Below are positions 9,215-18,452 of a stretch of DNA of 64,000 bases, one piece after another; the stretch's first letter is position 1; the number at the start of each line of letters is the position of its first letter. The DNA comes from a bacterium (GTDB lineage: Bacteria; UBA10199; 2-02-FULL-50-16; JAJFLM01). Below the pieces are notes generated by a model. It saw nothing but the letters and a program-made list of their open reading frames with translations, was not told where the DNA came from and did not search any database. Both the position numbers and the translations under genes were made by a program. The stretch is from NCBI GenBank assembly GCA_965216315.1, contig CBDCFN010000016.1, positions 448,001 to 512,000 of the forward strand. Direction: 5' to 3'.

Positions 9215-10849
9215 ATGGCACAGACAGCTTCACAGCGGGTATCACCTCGAGCTGAACTCCTGGAACTCCAGAAAAAAATCTTCCAGCGTAATGAGCGCAT
9301 TATACGCACGGAGGCGATTGTGGAAGAACCGGGTTTTGCACTCTATGAACGGCGTTATAAAAAACAAGTTGCTGATTTTGAGCGGGCGGCCCGAGTTGAA
9401 GATGTACTGAAGGCGATTGAGGCCGCCGACATTATCTATCTCGGCGATTATCACACCAATCCGCAATCTCAACGGACTTTACTACGTTTATTGAAACTCG
9501 TTTCAGGTCGGATTCCTCATCTCGCGCTGGGATTGGAACTCGTTAAAGATACACATCAAAAGAGTCTAGATCGGTATTTGGCGAATAAAATCGGAGCTGC
9601 CACGTTTTTAAAGAGAATTGAATTCAAGAAGTATTGGTACTTTGATCTGTGGGATAATTTTAAGCCGATCTTCGACTTTGCTCGCTACCATCGCATTCAG
9701 GTCTATGGAATCGAATCCGCGAAGGTGCAAGATAAGGGCCTCAAAGTTCGCGATGAATATTCAGCGGAGATCATTGCAAAAATTATCGAAGCACAGCCTG
9801 ATTTAAAGCTCTTTATTTTTGTAGGTGACTTGCACATTGCCCCTCAGCATCTGCCAAGAGAAGTCGATAAAGCATTGGTTAGACGAAAGCTCGAGCGTAA
9901 ACGATTGCTCATCTATCAGAATAGCGAGAATATTTATTGGAAGCTGGCGGAACAACGACGTGAGGAAAAAGTTGAGATCGTTCGAGTGGACCAGGAAAGC
10001 TATTGTTTAATGAATACCCCGCCCATCGTGTGGCAGCAGACCTTCTTGAACTGGCTGGAGAACGAAGGAGAAGCGATCGACTATGTGGATGCCAAGCATA
10101 CATTGACGGAACTTTTAGAGCGTGTGGCCGATTTTCTCGAGATTCGTTTGCCTGGAGACTATGATGAATTTGAGGTGTTTACCTGTGGAGATCTGAGTTT
10201 TTTAGAGGCGCTTCGAAAGGACGGAACATTTACGGCAAAAGAACTTAAGGTGATCAAGCATCAGATCCTCTCGTCTGAAAGTTACTTTATTCCACGTAAG
10301 CGGTTTATATATCTTGCCAATGTGTCTATCAATCATGCGGCGGAAGAGGCATCACATTATCTGAAATACTTATGCTCAGGAGAAGAGTTTGAACGAACTT
10401 TATCGGATGCTTTTTATGCGAATACATTGCATGAAGCGATAGGTTTTTTTGGGTCTAAGATTATTAATCACAAAAGAAAATGTATTCATGAAAAACAGCT
10501 CAAAGAATTAGTAGAGTACTTGAGTGCGATTCACCTTCCGGGAAATCGCCGCTTTGAACTGGAAATTGCCTATCTTGTCCGCGAACATAAAAAACTTGAA
10601 CGGCGTAAAAACCCTATGCCCTACCAGGAGACCATTCCTCATCGGACAGAGGTCTTCTTGGGGGCGACCCACATGCTAGGGTATATGCTGGGCGACCGCC
10701 TCTATCACGCCCTGGTTAGCGGAGCGATTAGCAAGAAGGAGATTCGCGCTCTGATGACAAACCCTATGTTGGAAGAGGGGGAGCCATTCCTCATCTATAT
10801 CGATTTGGTGCGAAGGACGCGGATGGTGAAATTACCGCGGCGTTTGTAG
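9215..10849 (+). CDS. ChaN/TIKI-like fold protein with additional C-terminal domain
   Basis: 'IIYLGDYH', 'LALGLELV', 'RDEYSAEII', 'IFVGDLHI' resemble ChaN/EreA-superfamily motifs; no signal peptide. Confidence 0.6.
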   Translation: MAQTASQRVSPRAELLELQKKIFQRNERIIRTEAIVEEPGFALYERRYKKQVADFERAARVEDVLKAIEAADIIYLGDYHTNPQSQRTLLRLLKLVSGRIPHLALGLELVKDTHQKSLDRYLANKIGAATFLKRIEFKKYWYFDLWDNFKPIFDFARYHRIQVYGIESAKVQDKGLKVRDEYSAEIIAKIIEAQPDLKLFIFVGDLHIAPQHLPREVDKALVRRKLERKRLLIYQNSENIYWKLAEQRREEKVEIVRVDQESYCLMNTPPIVWQQTFLNWLENEGEAIDYVDAKHTLTELLERVADFLEIRLPGDYDEFEVFTCGDLSFLEALRKDGTFTAKELKVIKHQILSSESYFIPRKRFIYLANVSINHAAEEASHYLKYLCSGEEFERTLSDAFYANTLHEAIGFFGSKIINHKRKCIHEKQLKELVEYLSAIHLPGNRRFELEIAYLVREHKKLERRKNPMPYQETIPHRTEVFLGATHMLGYMLGDRLYHALVSGAISKKEIRALMTNPMLEEGEPFLIYIDLVRRTRMVKLPRRL

Positions 10850-10873
10850 GAACGCCCTGTTGTTTCCCGGCAT

Positions 10874-10956
10874 CCCTCCCTTTGTAAAGGGAGGTTAGGA
10901 GGGATTTAATTGGCTGTAATTTAAATCCTCCTTGTTCCCCCTTTCAAAAGGGGAGG
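10874..10956. repeat. Inverted pair of REP-like palindromes between convergent genes
   Basis: CCTCCCTTT-GT-AAAGGGAGG...AGGAGGGATTT and inverted AAATCCTCCTT...CCCCTTT-CA-AAAGGGG. Confidence 0.7.
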
Positions 10957-10957
10957 T

Positions 10958-11362
10958 CTAGTTGTCATCTGAATACCAAGTTGCTGGCTGAGGACGGGTA
11001 TCTACATGGAGGTGATTGCGGTAGATGCCAATGCCGGTAAATCCGACGTCACGAGCGTGATTGGCGAGTTCAAGTGGTTTCATCTTTTCTACCCATATGT
11101 CGGCTGCTTTGCCGAGCAGGTGTTGGCTGTGGCGTGCCGGACGGTAGCCTTGGCGGCGTAGCCGCTCCTGGTCGGCCTGGGTTCGGTCTCCACTCGTTAC
11201 ATGGATATCGAGCCCAATTTTATTGGCGAGAGCGTCGAGCTTTTCGCGCACTTCGGGATCCGAAACAGACTTGCCATGGTAGTTAACTGCTCCTGTTTGC
11301 TTGGGTTCGGATAGTTGTCCATTTGTTAGACGAGGTTCGGGAAGTCGGCAAATGTGATGCAT
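10958..11362 (-). CDS. Peptidase M15A/YcbK-like zinc peptidoglycan peptidase
   Basis: 'VTSGDR', 'SQHLLGKAADI', 'GIGIY...HLHVDTR' (His/Asp/His zinc ligands); AAGGAG RBS. Confidence 0.85.
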   Translation of the reverse strand: MHHICRLPEPRLTNGQLSEPKQTGAVNYHGKSVSDPEVREKLDALANKIGLDIHVTSGDRTQADQERLRRQGYRPARHSQHLLGKAADIWVEKMKPLELANHARDVGFTGIGIYRNHLHVDTRPQPATWYSDDN

Positions 11363-11388
11363 AGTGATCTCCTTTGCCGTGATTAACT

Positions 11389-11405
11389 AGCAAATGAGAT
11401 GCCAA
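11389..11405 (-). promoter_or_regulatory. sigma54 (-24/-12) promoter
   Basis: Minus strand TTGGCATCTCATTTGCT = GG-N10-GC, upstream of the M15A gene. Confidence 0.7.
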
Positions 11406-11545
11406 GTTGATGGCGTTGAAATGAGTCGATATTTTCAGCTATTTACCGCGTGAAGAGAGTCAAATTGAATCGCTAAGTTTCATTCTGAGACGCTAATCAT
11501 AATAGTCGAGGCCAAGGTGCGTAATTTGCTCTTCAGTCATGATAA

Positions 11546-11627
11546 TGGGGGTGTGTGCAGAGCCCAACACCCCCAAACCCCCGGATTGGTTCACTCGGAC
11601 GGAGTGAATCCGATCCTCCTTCACAAC
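11546..11627. repeat. Structured intergenic element, family X copy 1
   Basis: G5/C5 hairpin, ACCCCC, GATTGGTTCAC, hairpin with AGTGAAT loop, TTCACAAC; homologous to 18351..18436. Confidence 0.6.
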
Positions 11628-11642
11628 AAGTTAGAGCGTAAA

Positions 11643-12956
11643 TTAATCATAGTACTCTAAACCCAAGTGAGTAATCTGCTCTTCACCCATTAAATAGCGC
11701 AAGGTGTTCTTGAGCTTCATCTGCTGGATGAAGAGATCATGTTCCGGGTAGAGGCCTGCAGCGGCCTGGGGGCTCTTGAAATAGAATGAGAGCCATTCCT
11801 GGATACCTTTCATGCCGGCACGTTTGGCGAGGTCGAGGAACAGGATGAGATCTAAAACCAACGGTGCCGCGAGGATGGAGTCCTTGCAGAGAAAATCCAC
11901 CTTGATCTGCATTTTCTCGCCGAGCCACCCGAAAATATCGATATTGTCCCAGCCTTCTTTGTTGTCACCGCGAGGCGGGTAATAGTTGATCCGGACTTTG
12001 TGATAAATATCCCCGTAAAGATCCGGATACAGTTCCGGTTGCAGGATGGAGTCGAGGACGCCGAGTTTACTTTCTTCCTTGGTCTTGAAGGAGCTCGGGT
12101 CATCAAGGACTTCACCGTCGCGATTTCCTAAAATATTCGTTGAAAACCAGCCCTCGACGCCCAGGCAGCGGGCCTTAAAGCCGGGGGATAAGATCGTTTT
12201 CATCAGGGTCTGTCCGGTTTTGAAGTCTTTTCCGCAGATCGGTGTGCTGAATTCCTTGGACAGATCGATCATGGCCGGGAAATCGGCAGACAGATTCGGG
12301 GCGCCATTGGCGTAGGGAATACCGAGTTTGCAGGCCGCATAGGCATAAACCATGCTCGGGGCAATATTGGGGTCGTTATTTTCCAGCCCTTTTTCAAAGG
12401 CGGCGAGATCGTTATGCACTGCCGTCGGTTCAATGAAGACCTCAGTCGAGCCACACCAGATCATAACGAGGCGGTCGATGTTCTTTTTTGTTCGGAATTT
12501 TTCGATGTCCTCTATTAATTGATCCGCTAAGGCCTTTTTGTTGGCGCCTTTTTTAACGTTTGGGCCATCAAGCCGTTTGACGTAATCGCGATCAAACACG
12601 GCCGGCATGGGGCGGATTTCTTCGAGTGGTTCGCGAATGGAGTCGAGCAGTTCTTTGGGGAGAACGCCGGCGTGCGAGGCGGCTTCATAGGCGTTTTCTT
12701 CAAAAATATCCCAGGCCAAAAATTCAATGTCATGCAATTTGGCAAGCGGAGCAAAGTCTTTAATGAAAGGAGTCCGGTTTTCAGTGCGCTTGCCAAGTCG
12801 TATGGTTCCCATTTGAGTGAGGGACCCGATTGGTTTGGATAATCCTTGGCGAATCGCTTCGACACCGGCGACAAAAGTTGTACTGACAGCACCAAGTCCC
12901 ACTAAGAGAACGCCGAGTTTACCGTCGGCCGGTTCAATATTCTTATTTATTTCCAT
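11643..12956 (-). CDS. ino1: myo-inositol-1-phosphate synthase
   Basis: 'GLGAVSTT', 'WCGSTE', 'GKDFKTGQT', 'NILGNRDG', 'GDNKEGWD', 'DSILAAPLVLDL'. Confidence 0.95.
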   Translation of the reverse strand: MEINKNIEPADGKLGVLLVGLGAVSTTFVAGVEAIRQGLSKPIGSLTQMGTIRLGKRTENRTPFIKDFAPLAKLHDIEFLAWDIFEENAYEAASHAGVLPKELLDSIREPLEEIRPMPAVFDRDYVKRLDGPNVKKGANKKALADQLIEDIEKFRTKKNIDRLVMIWCGSTEVFIEPTAVHNDLAAFEKGLENNDPNIAPSMVYAYAACKLGIPYANGAPNLSADFPAMIDLSKEFSTPICGKDFKTGQTLMKTILSPGFKARCLGVEGWFSTNILGNRDGEVLDDPSSFKTKEESKLGVLDSILQPELYPDLYGDIYHKVRINYYPPRGDNKEGWDNIDIFGWLGEKMQIKVDFLCKDSILAAPLVLDLILFLDLAKRAGMKGIQEWLSFYFKSPQAAAGLYPEHDLFIQQMKLKNTLRYLMGEEQITHLGLEYYD

Positions 12957-13098
12957 CGTCCCATTATCTCCTTTTTCGACGCCCTTAGACTAAATGAATC
13001 CCCTCGCTAACACAGCCAGCCGCTGCCTGTAAACCCCTATGAAATATAAGGTTGTTCTGACTCGCTTTGCGAAAAATTTCAAAAAAACCAGGCTTGGC

Positions 13099-13125
13099 GC
13101 AACTTTTTGAGGTGGGTCGCGATAA
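13099..13125 (+). promoter_or_regulatory. RCAAC-N16-CGA promoter-like motif, copy 5
   Basis: GCAAC-TTTTTGAGGTGGGTCG-CGATAA, upstream of 13168. Confidence 0.75.
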
Positions 13126-13167
13126 GGGGATTACTAGCTAACTTAGTGATACTTAAAGGGAATTGCT

Positions 13168-13509
13168 GTGATTTTTCGTGCAATTAAAAATATATTCTCG
13201 CTCTTGCCCCATCTCACGCAGCAGGGGGCCATTGAGAAAGAGAAAAAGAAGGAAAAGCCGCGTCTTCTGGATGTGATGCAGGCGCGCTTTCTCTCTGAAG
13301 AGGCCCGGCGGCGCAATGTTGAGTTGTCGGCACTGATCAAGAACAACGGTAACATTGTTGCCGATGAAGCCTTGCAAGAGGGAGTGGAGAAGAAAGTGAA
13401 CGCCTTGATGGCGCCCCACTATCAGCATCCCGAGATCATGGATGAAGTGACGGAAAAATTGACCGACGTTGCGCGTCACGATCCGTATTATCGCCGCTGG
13501 TTCAGCTGA
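13168..13509 (+). CDS. Hypothetical protein (113 aa, helical)
   Basis: GTG start with AAAGGGA RBS; fills the gap; preceded by the promoter motif. Confidence 0.65.
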   Translation: MIFRAIKNIFSLLPHLTQQGAIEKEKKKEKPRLLDVMQARFLSEEARRRNVELSALIKNNGNIVADEALQEGVEKKVNALMAPHYQHPEIMDEVTEKLTDVARHDPYYRRWFS

Positions 13510-13529
13510 TCATATTTTCACCAATACGC

Positions 13530-15062
13530 TTATAGACTTTCACCTCGGTCGAGTGAACGATACTGGATCGCTTCGGCGATGTGCTTTGCTTCAATATTCG
13601 GGCTGGATGAAAGGTCGGAGATCGTGCGCGCTACGCGCAAGATACGATCATAGGCGCGGGCCGAGAGACCGAGGCCTTCAACGGCTTTTTTCATGAGTGA
13701 CCGACTTTTGCTGTCAAGGGAGCAGAACTTTCTTAAGTGTGGGACCCGCATTTTCGCATTGCAAAAAGGTCCTCTGACTCCGAAACGGTCACGTTGTATT
13801 TTGCGAGCCGCAAGGACACGTCTCGCAATTGCAGCGGACTCTTCCCCCTCCTTCTTTCTGGATAATTCATCGTAGCTCAAAGCCGGGACTTCAATGTGGA
13901 GGTCGATGCGATCGAGGATGGGCCCGGAGATGCGATTGCGGTATTTTATGCGGTCATAGAGCGTACATTTGCATGAGTGCGTCGAACTGCCGAGATGCCC
14001 GCACTTGCAAGGATTCATTGCGGCAATTAGCATGAAAGCGGCGGGATAGGTCAGGGTCGAGAGGGCGCGTGCGATGGTGATTCTCCCACTCTCTAAGGGC
14101 TGACGTAGCAGTTCCATGACATGACGTTGAAACTCAGGGAATTCATCAAGAAATAAAACTCCGTTGTGGGCGAAGCTGACTTCACCGGGTCGCGGGATGG
14201 GGCCGCCGCCGATAAGGCCGGCGTTACTGACGGAGCTGTGAGGGGAGCGGAAGGGGCGCGTGCGAATCAGGGGTTGATCGGGGTCGAGCTTGCCGACAAC
14301 GCTATAAATTTTAGTGGTTTCAAGGGACTCCTCTAGGTTCATAGATGGCAGGATGGTCGGCACGCGTTCCGCCAGCATGGTTTTTCCGGAACCGGGAGGG
14401 CCGATGAGCAAGATATTGTGCCCGCCGGCAACGGCGACTTCGATGGCGCGTCGCGCTTGCAATTGGCCTTTGATGTCGGAGTAGTCCTGCGTGATTCGAG
14501 TGGATGCTTTCTCTTGTGACGGATTCCCCTGGTAAACCGGAAAATCGCGTTCCCGTGTCAGTGCTTGGACGACATCTTGGAGGTTTTTGACGGGAGCCAG
14601 TTGGAGTCCCTTGACGACGGCGGCTTCATGCGCGTTGGCTTCCGGAAGGATGAGTCGGCAGGGGCCTTTTTTTCGGGCCATGATGGCAATAGGAAGCGCC
14701 CCCGGGACGGGCTTGATGCGGCCATCCAGACAAAGTTCCCCGAGGAACAATTTATCTTCAAAACTGATCTCCCCGAAACATTCCGACGCTGCCATGAGTC
14801 CCACGGCGATCGGCAGGTCAAAGGCGGTTCCTTGCTTTTTAATATCCGCCGGAGAGAGGTTGATGGTGATTTTTTGGTTTTCGAAGTGGTAGCCGCAATT
14901 CTTGATGGCGGCAGTCACACGGTTGCGGCTTTCTTTGACGGCGCCTTCTGCCAGCCCGACGGTCATCCAAGAGGGGAGGCCGAAGCGCACGTCTACTTCA
15001 ACATCGATAGAGTAGGCGTTGATACCGATAAGTCCGGCAGAGGGAACGGATGCGAGGGCCAT
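13530..15062 (-). CDS. comM: YifB/ComM Mg-chelatase-like AAA+ ATPase
   Basis: 'INLSPADIKKQGTAFDLPIA', Walker A 'GPPGSGKT', 'RPFRSPH', 'GVLFLDEFPEF', 'ISGPILDRID'. Confidence 0.95.
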   Translation of the reverse strand: MALASVPSAGLIGINAYSIDVEVDVRFGLPSWMTVGLAEGAVKESRNRVTAAIKNCGYHFENQKITINLSPADIKKQGTAFDLPIAVGLMAASECFGEISFEDKLFLGELCLDGRIKPVPGALPIAIMARKKGPCRLILPEANAHEAAVVKGLQLAPVKNLQDVVQALTRERDFPVYQGNPSQEKASTRITQDYSDIKGQLQARRAIEVAVAGGHNILLIGPPGSGKTMLAERVPTILPSMNLEESLETTKIYSVVGKLDPDQPLIRTRPFRSPHSSVSNAGLIGGGPIPRPGEVSFAHNGVLFLDEFPEFQRHVMELLRQPLESGRITIARALSTLTYPAAFMLIAAMNPCKCGHLGSSTHSCKCTLYDRIKYRNRISGPILDRIDLHIEVPALSYDELSRKKEGEESAAIARRVLAARKIQRDRFGVRGPFCNAKMRVPHLRKFCSLDSKSRSLMKKAVEGLGLSARAYDRILRVARTISDLSSSPNIEAKHIAEAIQYRSLDRGESL

Positions 15063-15065
15063 CGC

Positions 15066-15584
15066 TTAAAAGCCTATCTTTCGGATCGGTTTTTCAGAGG
15101 GCGCCATTAATTCGCGGATTGCGTTGACTAATAATCGAATATCCTCATCCTGTTCTGAGAGTTTGTGTTCAACTCGAGACAGTCGAAGCGATAGTTCGGC
15201 ATTTTGTGCCACCATTTCTCTCATTTTAATGAAGGTCTTGACGATTTGGATGCTCGCTAAGACGGCTGTTTTGCTGTTCAATATATTGGCTAACATTATA
15301 GCGCCGTATTCCGTGAAGGCGTAAGGTAAGCTAGTGGAATGTTTTAGATTTTTGAACCGGTCGCAAATTGCGACCAGTTCAGCCTTTTCTGAGCTGCTTA
15401 CTTGAAACATAAAATCCTCATCTGGAAAGCGATTACGGTTTCTTTTGACCTGTTCATTGAGGCGCTTGGTCGTGACGCCGTAGATCTTGGCGAGATCGGC
15501 ATCGAGCATGACCTTTTGCCCGCGAATGAGCAGAATCGCCTGTTTGATCCGCTCCAGAGGGATGACTGATGCATTCTTCGGCAT
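15066..15584 (-). CDS. ORF6N-domain DNA-binding protein
   Basis: 'IRGQKVMLDADLAKIYGVTTKRLNEQVKRN..RFP.DFMF', 'PYAFTEYG', C-terminal 'IGF'; start uncertain (15584 or 15602). Confidence 0.9.
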   Translation of the reverse strand: MPKNASVIPLERIKQAILLIRGQKVMLDADLAKIYGVTTKRLNEQVKRNRNRFPDEDFMFQVSSSEKAELVAICDRFKNLKHSTSLPYAFTEYGAIMLANILNSKTAVLASIQIVKTFIKMREMVAQNAELSLRLSRVEHKLSEQDEDIRLLVNAIRELMAPSEKPIRKIGF

Positions 15585-15665
15585 GGAAGGCCCTATATGC
15601 AAAAGAGATGCCGCCGTGAGAAGCGCCGGGAGATCCTTTATTGTTAAAGGCTAGAGATGGATATG

Positions 15666-15697
15666 AAAAAGGGGCGCCATTTATGGCGCCCCTTTTT
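15666..15697. terminator. Intrinsic terminator (bidirectional type) after the beta-helix gene
   Basis: AAAAAGGGGCGCCAT-TT-ATGGCGCCCCTTTTT. Confidence 0.85.
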
Positions 15698-15750
15698 GAA
15701 GAGCAGATTCGATTCAATTTGGGACCCGCGGGTCCGAATATGAATCGTGC

Positions 15751-18090
15751 TTAATTACGTCGACGACGCAGGCCGAGTAGCGCGGCCGTCGTGCCGAACA
15801 GCCAGAAAAGGGCCGAGGCACTGCTTGGTGCCGTCATTGAAGCAAGGCTGCAACCGCCACTGCCGAGACAATTGCCGCCATTGCAGTCACAAGCGTCGCC
15901 GATTCCGTCCTCGTCTGCATCCGCCTGATCAGCATTGCTAACCTCAGTGCAGTTATCAACGTCATCAGGAATGCCGTCACCATCTTCGTCTCCAGAGCTT
16001 GGTGTTGATATCGAATCGAGATCGCAGGCGTCTCCAATGCCATCGCCATCGGCATCCGTCTGATCCGCATTGGACACATTAGGGCAATTATCCGTGGCAT
16101 TATCCTCACCGTCGCCGTCGGTGTCGCTTTCGGCAATGCAGACGGCGCTACAGCCATCTCCATTGTCATTATTGCCGTCGTCGCATATTTCACCGGCATC
16201 TATAATGCCGTTGCCGCAGCCAAACTCAGTAGCACCGATATCCGAGGTGATGGTACCATCTCCATCTCCGTCAATCCGACCGACACCTACTTGATCGGTA
16301 GCAGGAGCATCCGCGTCGTCACCCGAGTCTATTGCCGGACTCCCGCTTTCAAGGTAGTGTGCTCCTGTGGGAATTCCGTTGGCCGGGTCACCGCCATTGG
16401 CCGGGATTAGAGCCGTCAGCATTGGGTCTATTTCATTTCCCAATGCTCCTTCGATGTCATTAAGACTAGTGTCGAAGTTTTCATCGTCACAACCCTCATT
16501 CGTTCCGAGTATGTTGTTCCCACCTGAGGTTACCGGATTCCCATTCGTACCGCAGTCGGGAGCCGACGTTGCATCAAAATTGCCCGCGATGATCGAATTG
16601 GTAACCGTGAATGTTCCCGCAGATGCTTCTAAATGGATGCCGCCGCCGTCACCGTTGCCGTCAAAATCGGAGTCAGCCTGGTTGTTCGTAATGGTGACGT
16701 TCAAGAGGGTTACGGTAGCGGTGCTAGTGTCGTTGTTGATGCCGCCTCCGCTTCTACCTGAGCTGTTGCCGCTGATAGTCGAATTGGTGACAACAACCGC
16801 TCCTCCATCGGCCTGGATCCCTCCGCCATCATTAGACGAACTGTGATTATTAGAGATAGTAGAGTCTGTAACGGTGAGGCTGCCGCCACCTTCACTTTCA
16901 ATGCCACCGCCTTCGCTCGAAGCGGTATTCCCATCGACCGTTGTGCCGGTGACGGTGGTTGTTATTCCTGTGGCTTCGATTCCTCCTCCGTCGCCAAGTA
17001 ATGCATCATTATTGGCGATCGTACTATTTGTGATAGTTAGTAAAGTTTTACTGATGTCACCCGTTGCATCTCCGTCCGCTGCAATGCCTCCGCCTCCACC
17101 ATCAGAAATGTTTCGGATAATTGATGTGCCCGTAATCGTGGCTGTGGTCGTGAATGCCGCATTGTTGTTAAAAACCATTATGCCGCCGGCCTTACTTGTT
17201 ATTGTTTCATTGTCTGAAATGACTGAATCAGTCACGGCCAAGGTGGTTCCTGAGTTCAAATATATGCCACCGCCTTGATCGTTGGCTTCATTTTGGGAAA
17301 TAGTGCTTGATGTTATAGTAACGCTGGAACCATTGTCGGTGACATAGATACCGCCTCCATTTTCGGTGTCTACATCAGCACCCGTATCTGATGTGCGGTT
17401 GTCACTGATGATACTGCCAGTGATTTCAACGACTGAACCGTCTTCCACATGTACGCCGCCTCCCGTGCCGTCTTCTGCTATGTTGTTGTTGATCAGGCTA
17501 TTTTGGATAATGACCGTGCCGGTGTTGCTTTGGTTATTGTCGACCCGGATGCCGCCGCCGTTTCCTCCTCCACTGTCCCCCGTGTCGTTATTTTGGATAA
17601 CAACCGAATCGAGAATGACGTTAGCATCATAATCATCGGCACGGAAACCGCGAAACCCGCCTGTAAGGGTTAGGCCGGAAATAGTGTGGGGACCTGGGGG
17701 CGCGAAACCGGTGTCGTGATCGACCTCCATTACAATGTTGCCGTTGCTATTATTATCGATAATCAGTGAATCGGCGCCCGGGCCCTGTACGGCCACCGGA
17801 GTATCCAAGATGATTGTGGCATTTGTCGTGATGGTGGTTCCGGATCCCGCAGGAAAAACGGTAGAGTCAAAAATGATAGTATCAGGTGTGTTGTCCAGAT
17901 CTGCTGTTTCAATAGCATCGAGGATATCGCAGTTTCCAGCTCCAGTACACGTGGCCGCGCAGTCAACACCTCCCCCTCCACCTGTAAAGGAAATGTTATT
18001 GACGCAGATATCAGCCGCGTGTGCCGCGTGAGAGGACATTATTGCAGCGATGCCTGCGAAGGTAAAATAAACAAGTGGCCTTAATAGCAT
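15751..18090 (-). CDS. Secreted parallel beta-helix (Pmp-like, choice-of-anchor Q type) protein with Cys-rich repeat, TSP3 repeats and GC-CTERM tail
   Basis: Signal peptide AHA-A; many 'GGGI' repeats; 'SPAIDSG...DQ.G..R...DIGATE'; '[16 protein letters not shown]'; '[24 protein letters not shown]' twice; 'GGCSL' + TM + RRRR. Confidence 0.85.
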   Translation of the reverse strand: MLLRPLVYFTFAGIAAIMSSHAAHAADICVNNISFTGGGGGVDCAATCTGAGNCDILDAIETADLDNTPDTIIFDSTVFPAGSGTTITTNATIILDTPVAVQGPGADSLIIDNNSNGNIVMEVDHDTGFAPPGPHTISGLTLTGGFRGFRADDYDANVILDSVVIQNNDTGDSGGGNGGGIRVDNNQSNTGTVIIQNSLINNNIAEDGTGGGVHVEDGSVVEITGSIISDNRTSDTGADVDTENGGGIYVTDNGSSVTITSSTISQNEANDQGGGIYLNSGTTLAVTDSVISDNETITSKAGGIMVFNNNAAFTTTATITGTSIIRNISDGGGGGIAADGDATGDISKTLLTITNSTIANNDALLGDGGGIEATGITTTVTGTTVDGNTASSEGGGIESEGGGSLTVTDSTISNNHSSSNDGGGIQADGGAVVVTNSTISGNSSGRSGGGINNDTSTATVTLLNVTITNNQADSDFDGNGDGGGIHLEASAGTFTVTNSIIAGNFDATSAPDCGTNGNPVTSGGNNILGTNEGCDDENFDTSLNDIEGALGNEIDPMLTALIPANGGDPANGIPTGAHYLESGSPAIDSGDDADAPATDQVGVGRIDGDGDGTITSDIGATEFGCGNGIIDAGEICDDGNNDNGDGCSAVCIAESDTDGDGEDNATDNCPNVSNADQTDADGDGIGDACDLDSISTPSSGDEDGDGIPDDVDNCTEVSNADQADADEDGIGDACDCNGGNCLGSGGCSLASMTAPSSASALFWLFGTTAALLGLRRRRN

Positions 18091-18350
18091 GACTAATCTC
18101 CCCCTGAAAAATGAATGCTTGGATAATAAATAGGTTAGATTTAATAATTTTATTGTTCTGGTGATAATAGGTCAATTTAAAAGGCAAATTAAGTGTACCG
18201 TGGTACACGATTAATTATTAACATATTGATATGTTAGAAAGATTTGGAATGAATCGAGATTCTCGATCACAATCAGTTTGTAAAGTTGTCCTATTCGGCC
18301 TCTTATTCGGTTAACCAGCGTTCCGTATCGATCGCCGCCAGTTTTCATAG

Positions 18351-18436
18351 CAGGGGGCACCAGTAAACCCTCGCCCCCTGTACCCCCCCCTGATGGGTTC
18401 ACGCACCCTGAAGTGAATTCAGCGTGCGTTCACAAC
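18351..18436. repeat. Structured intergenic element, family X copy 2
   Basis: CAGGGGGC/GCCCCCTG hairpin, ACCCCCCCC, GATGGGTTCAC, hairpin with AGTGAAT loop, TTCACAAC. Confidence 0.6.
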
Positions 18437-18452
18437 CACTTTGCATGGCGGC

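Noticed and set aside
18263..18290. Eighth copy of the RCAAC-N16-CGA motif upstream of the beta-helix gene
   Set aside because: GACAACTTT is present but there is no CGA at 16-17 nt, and it is about 170 nt from the start
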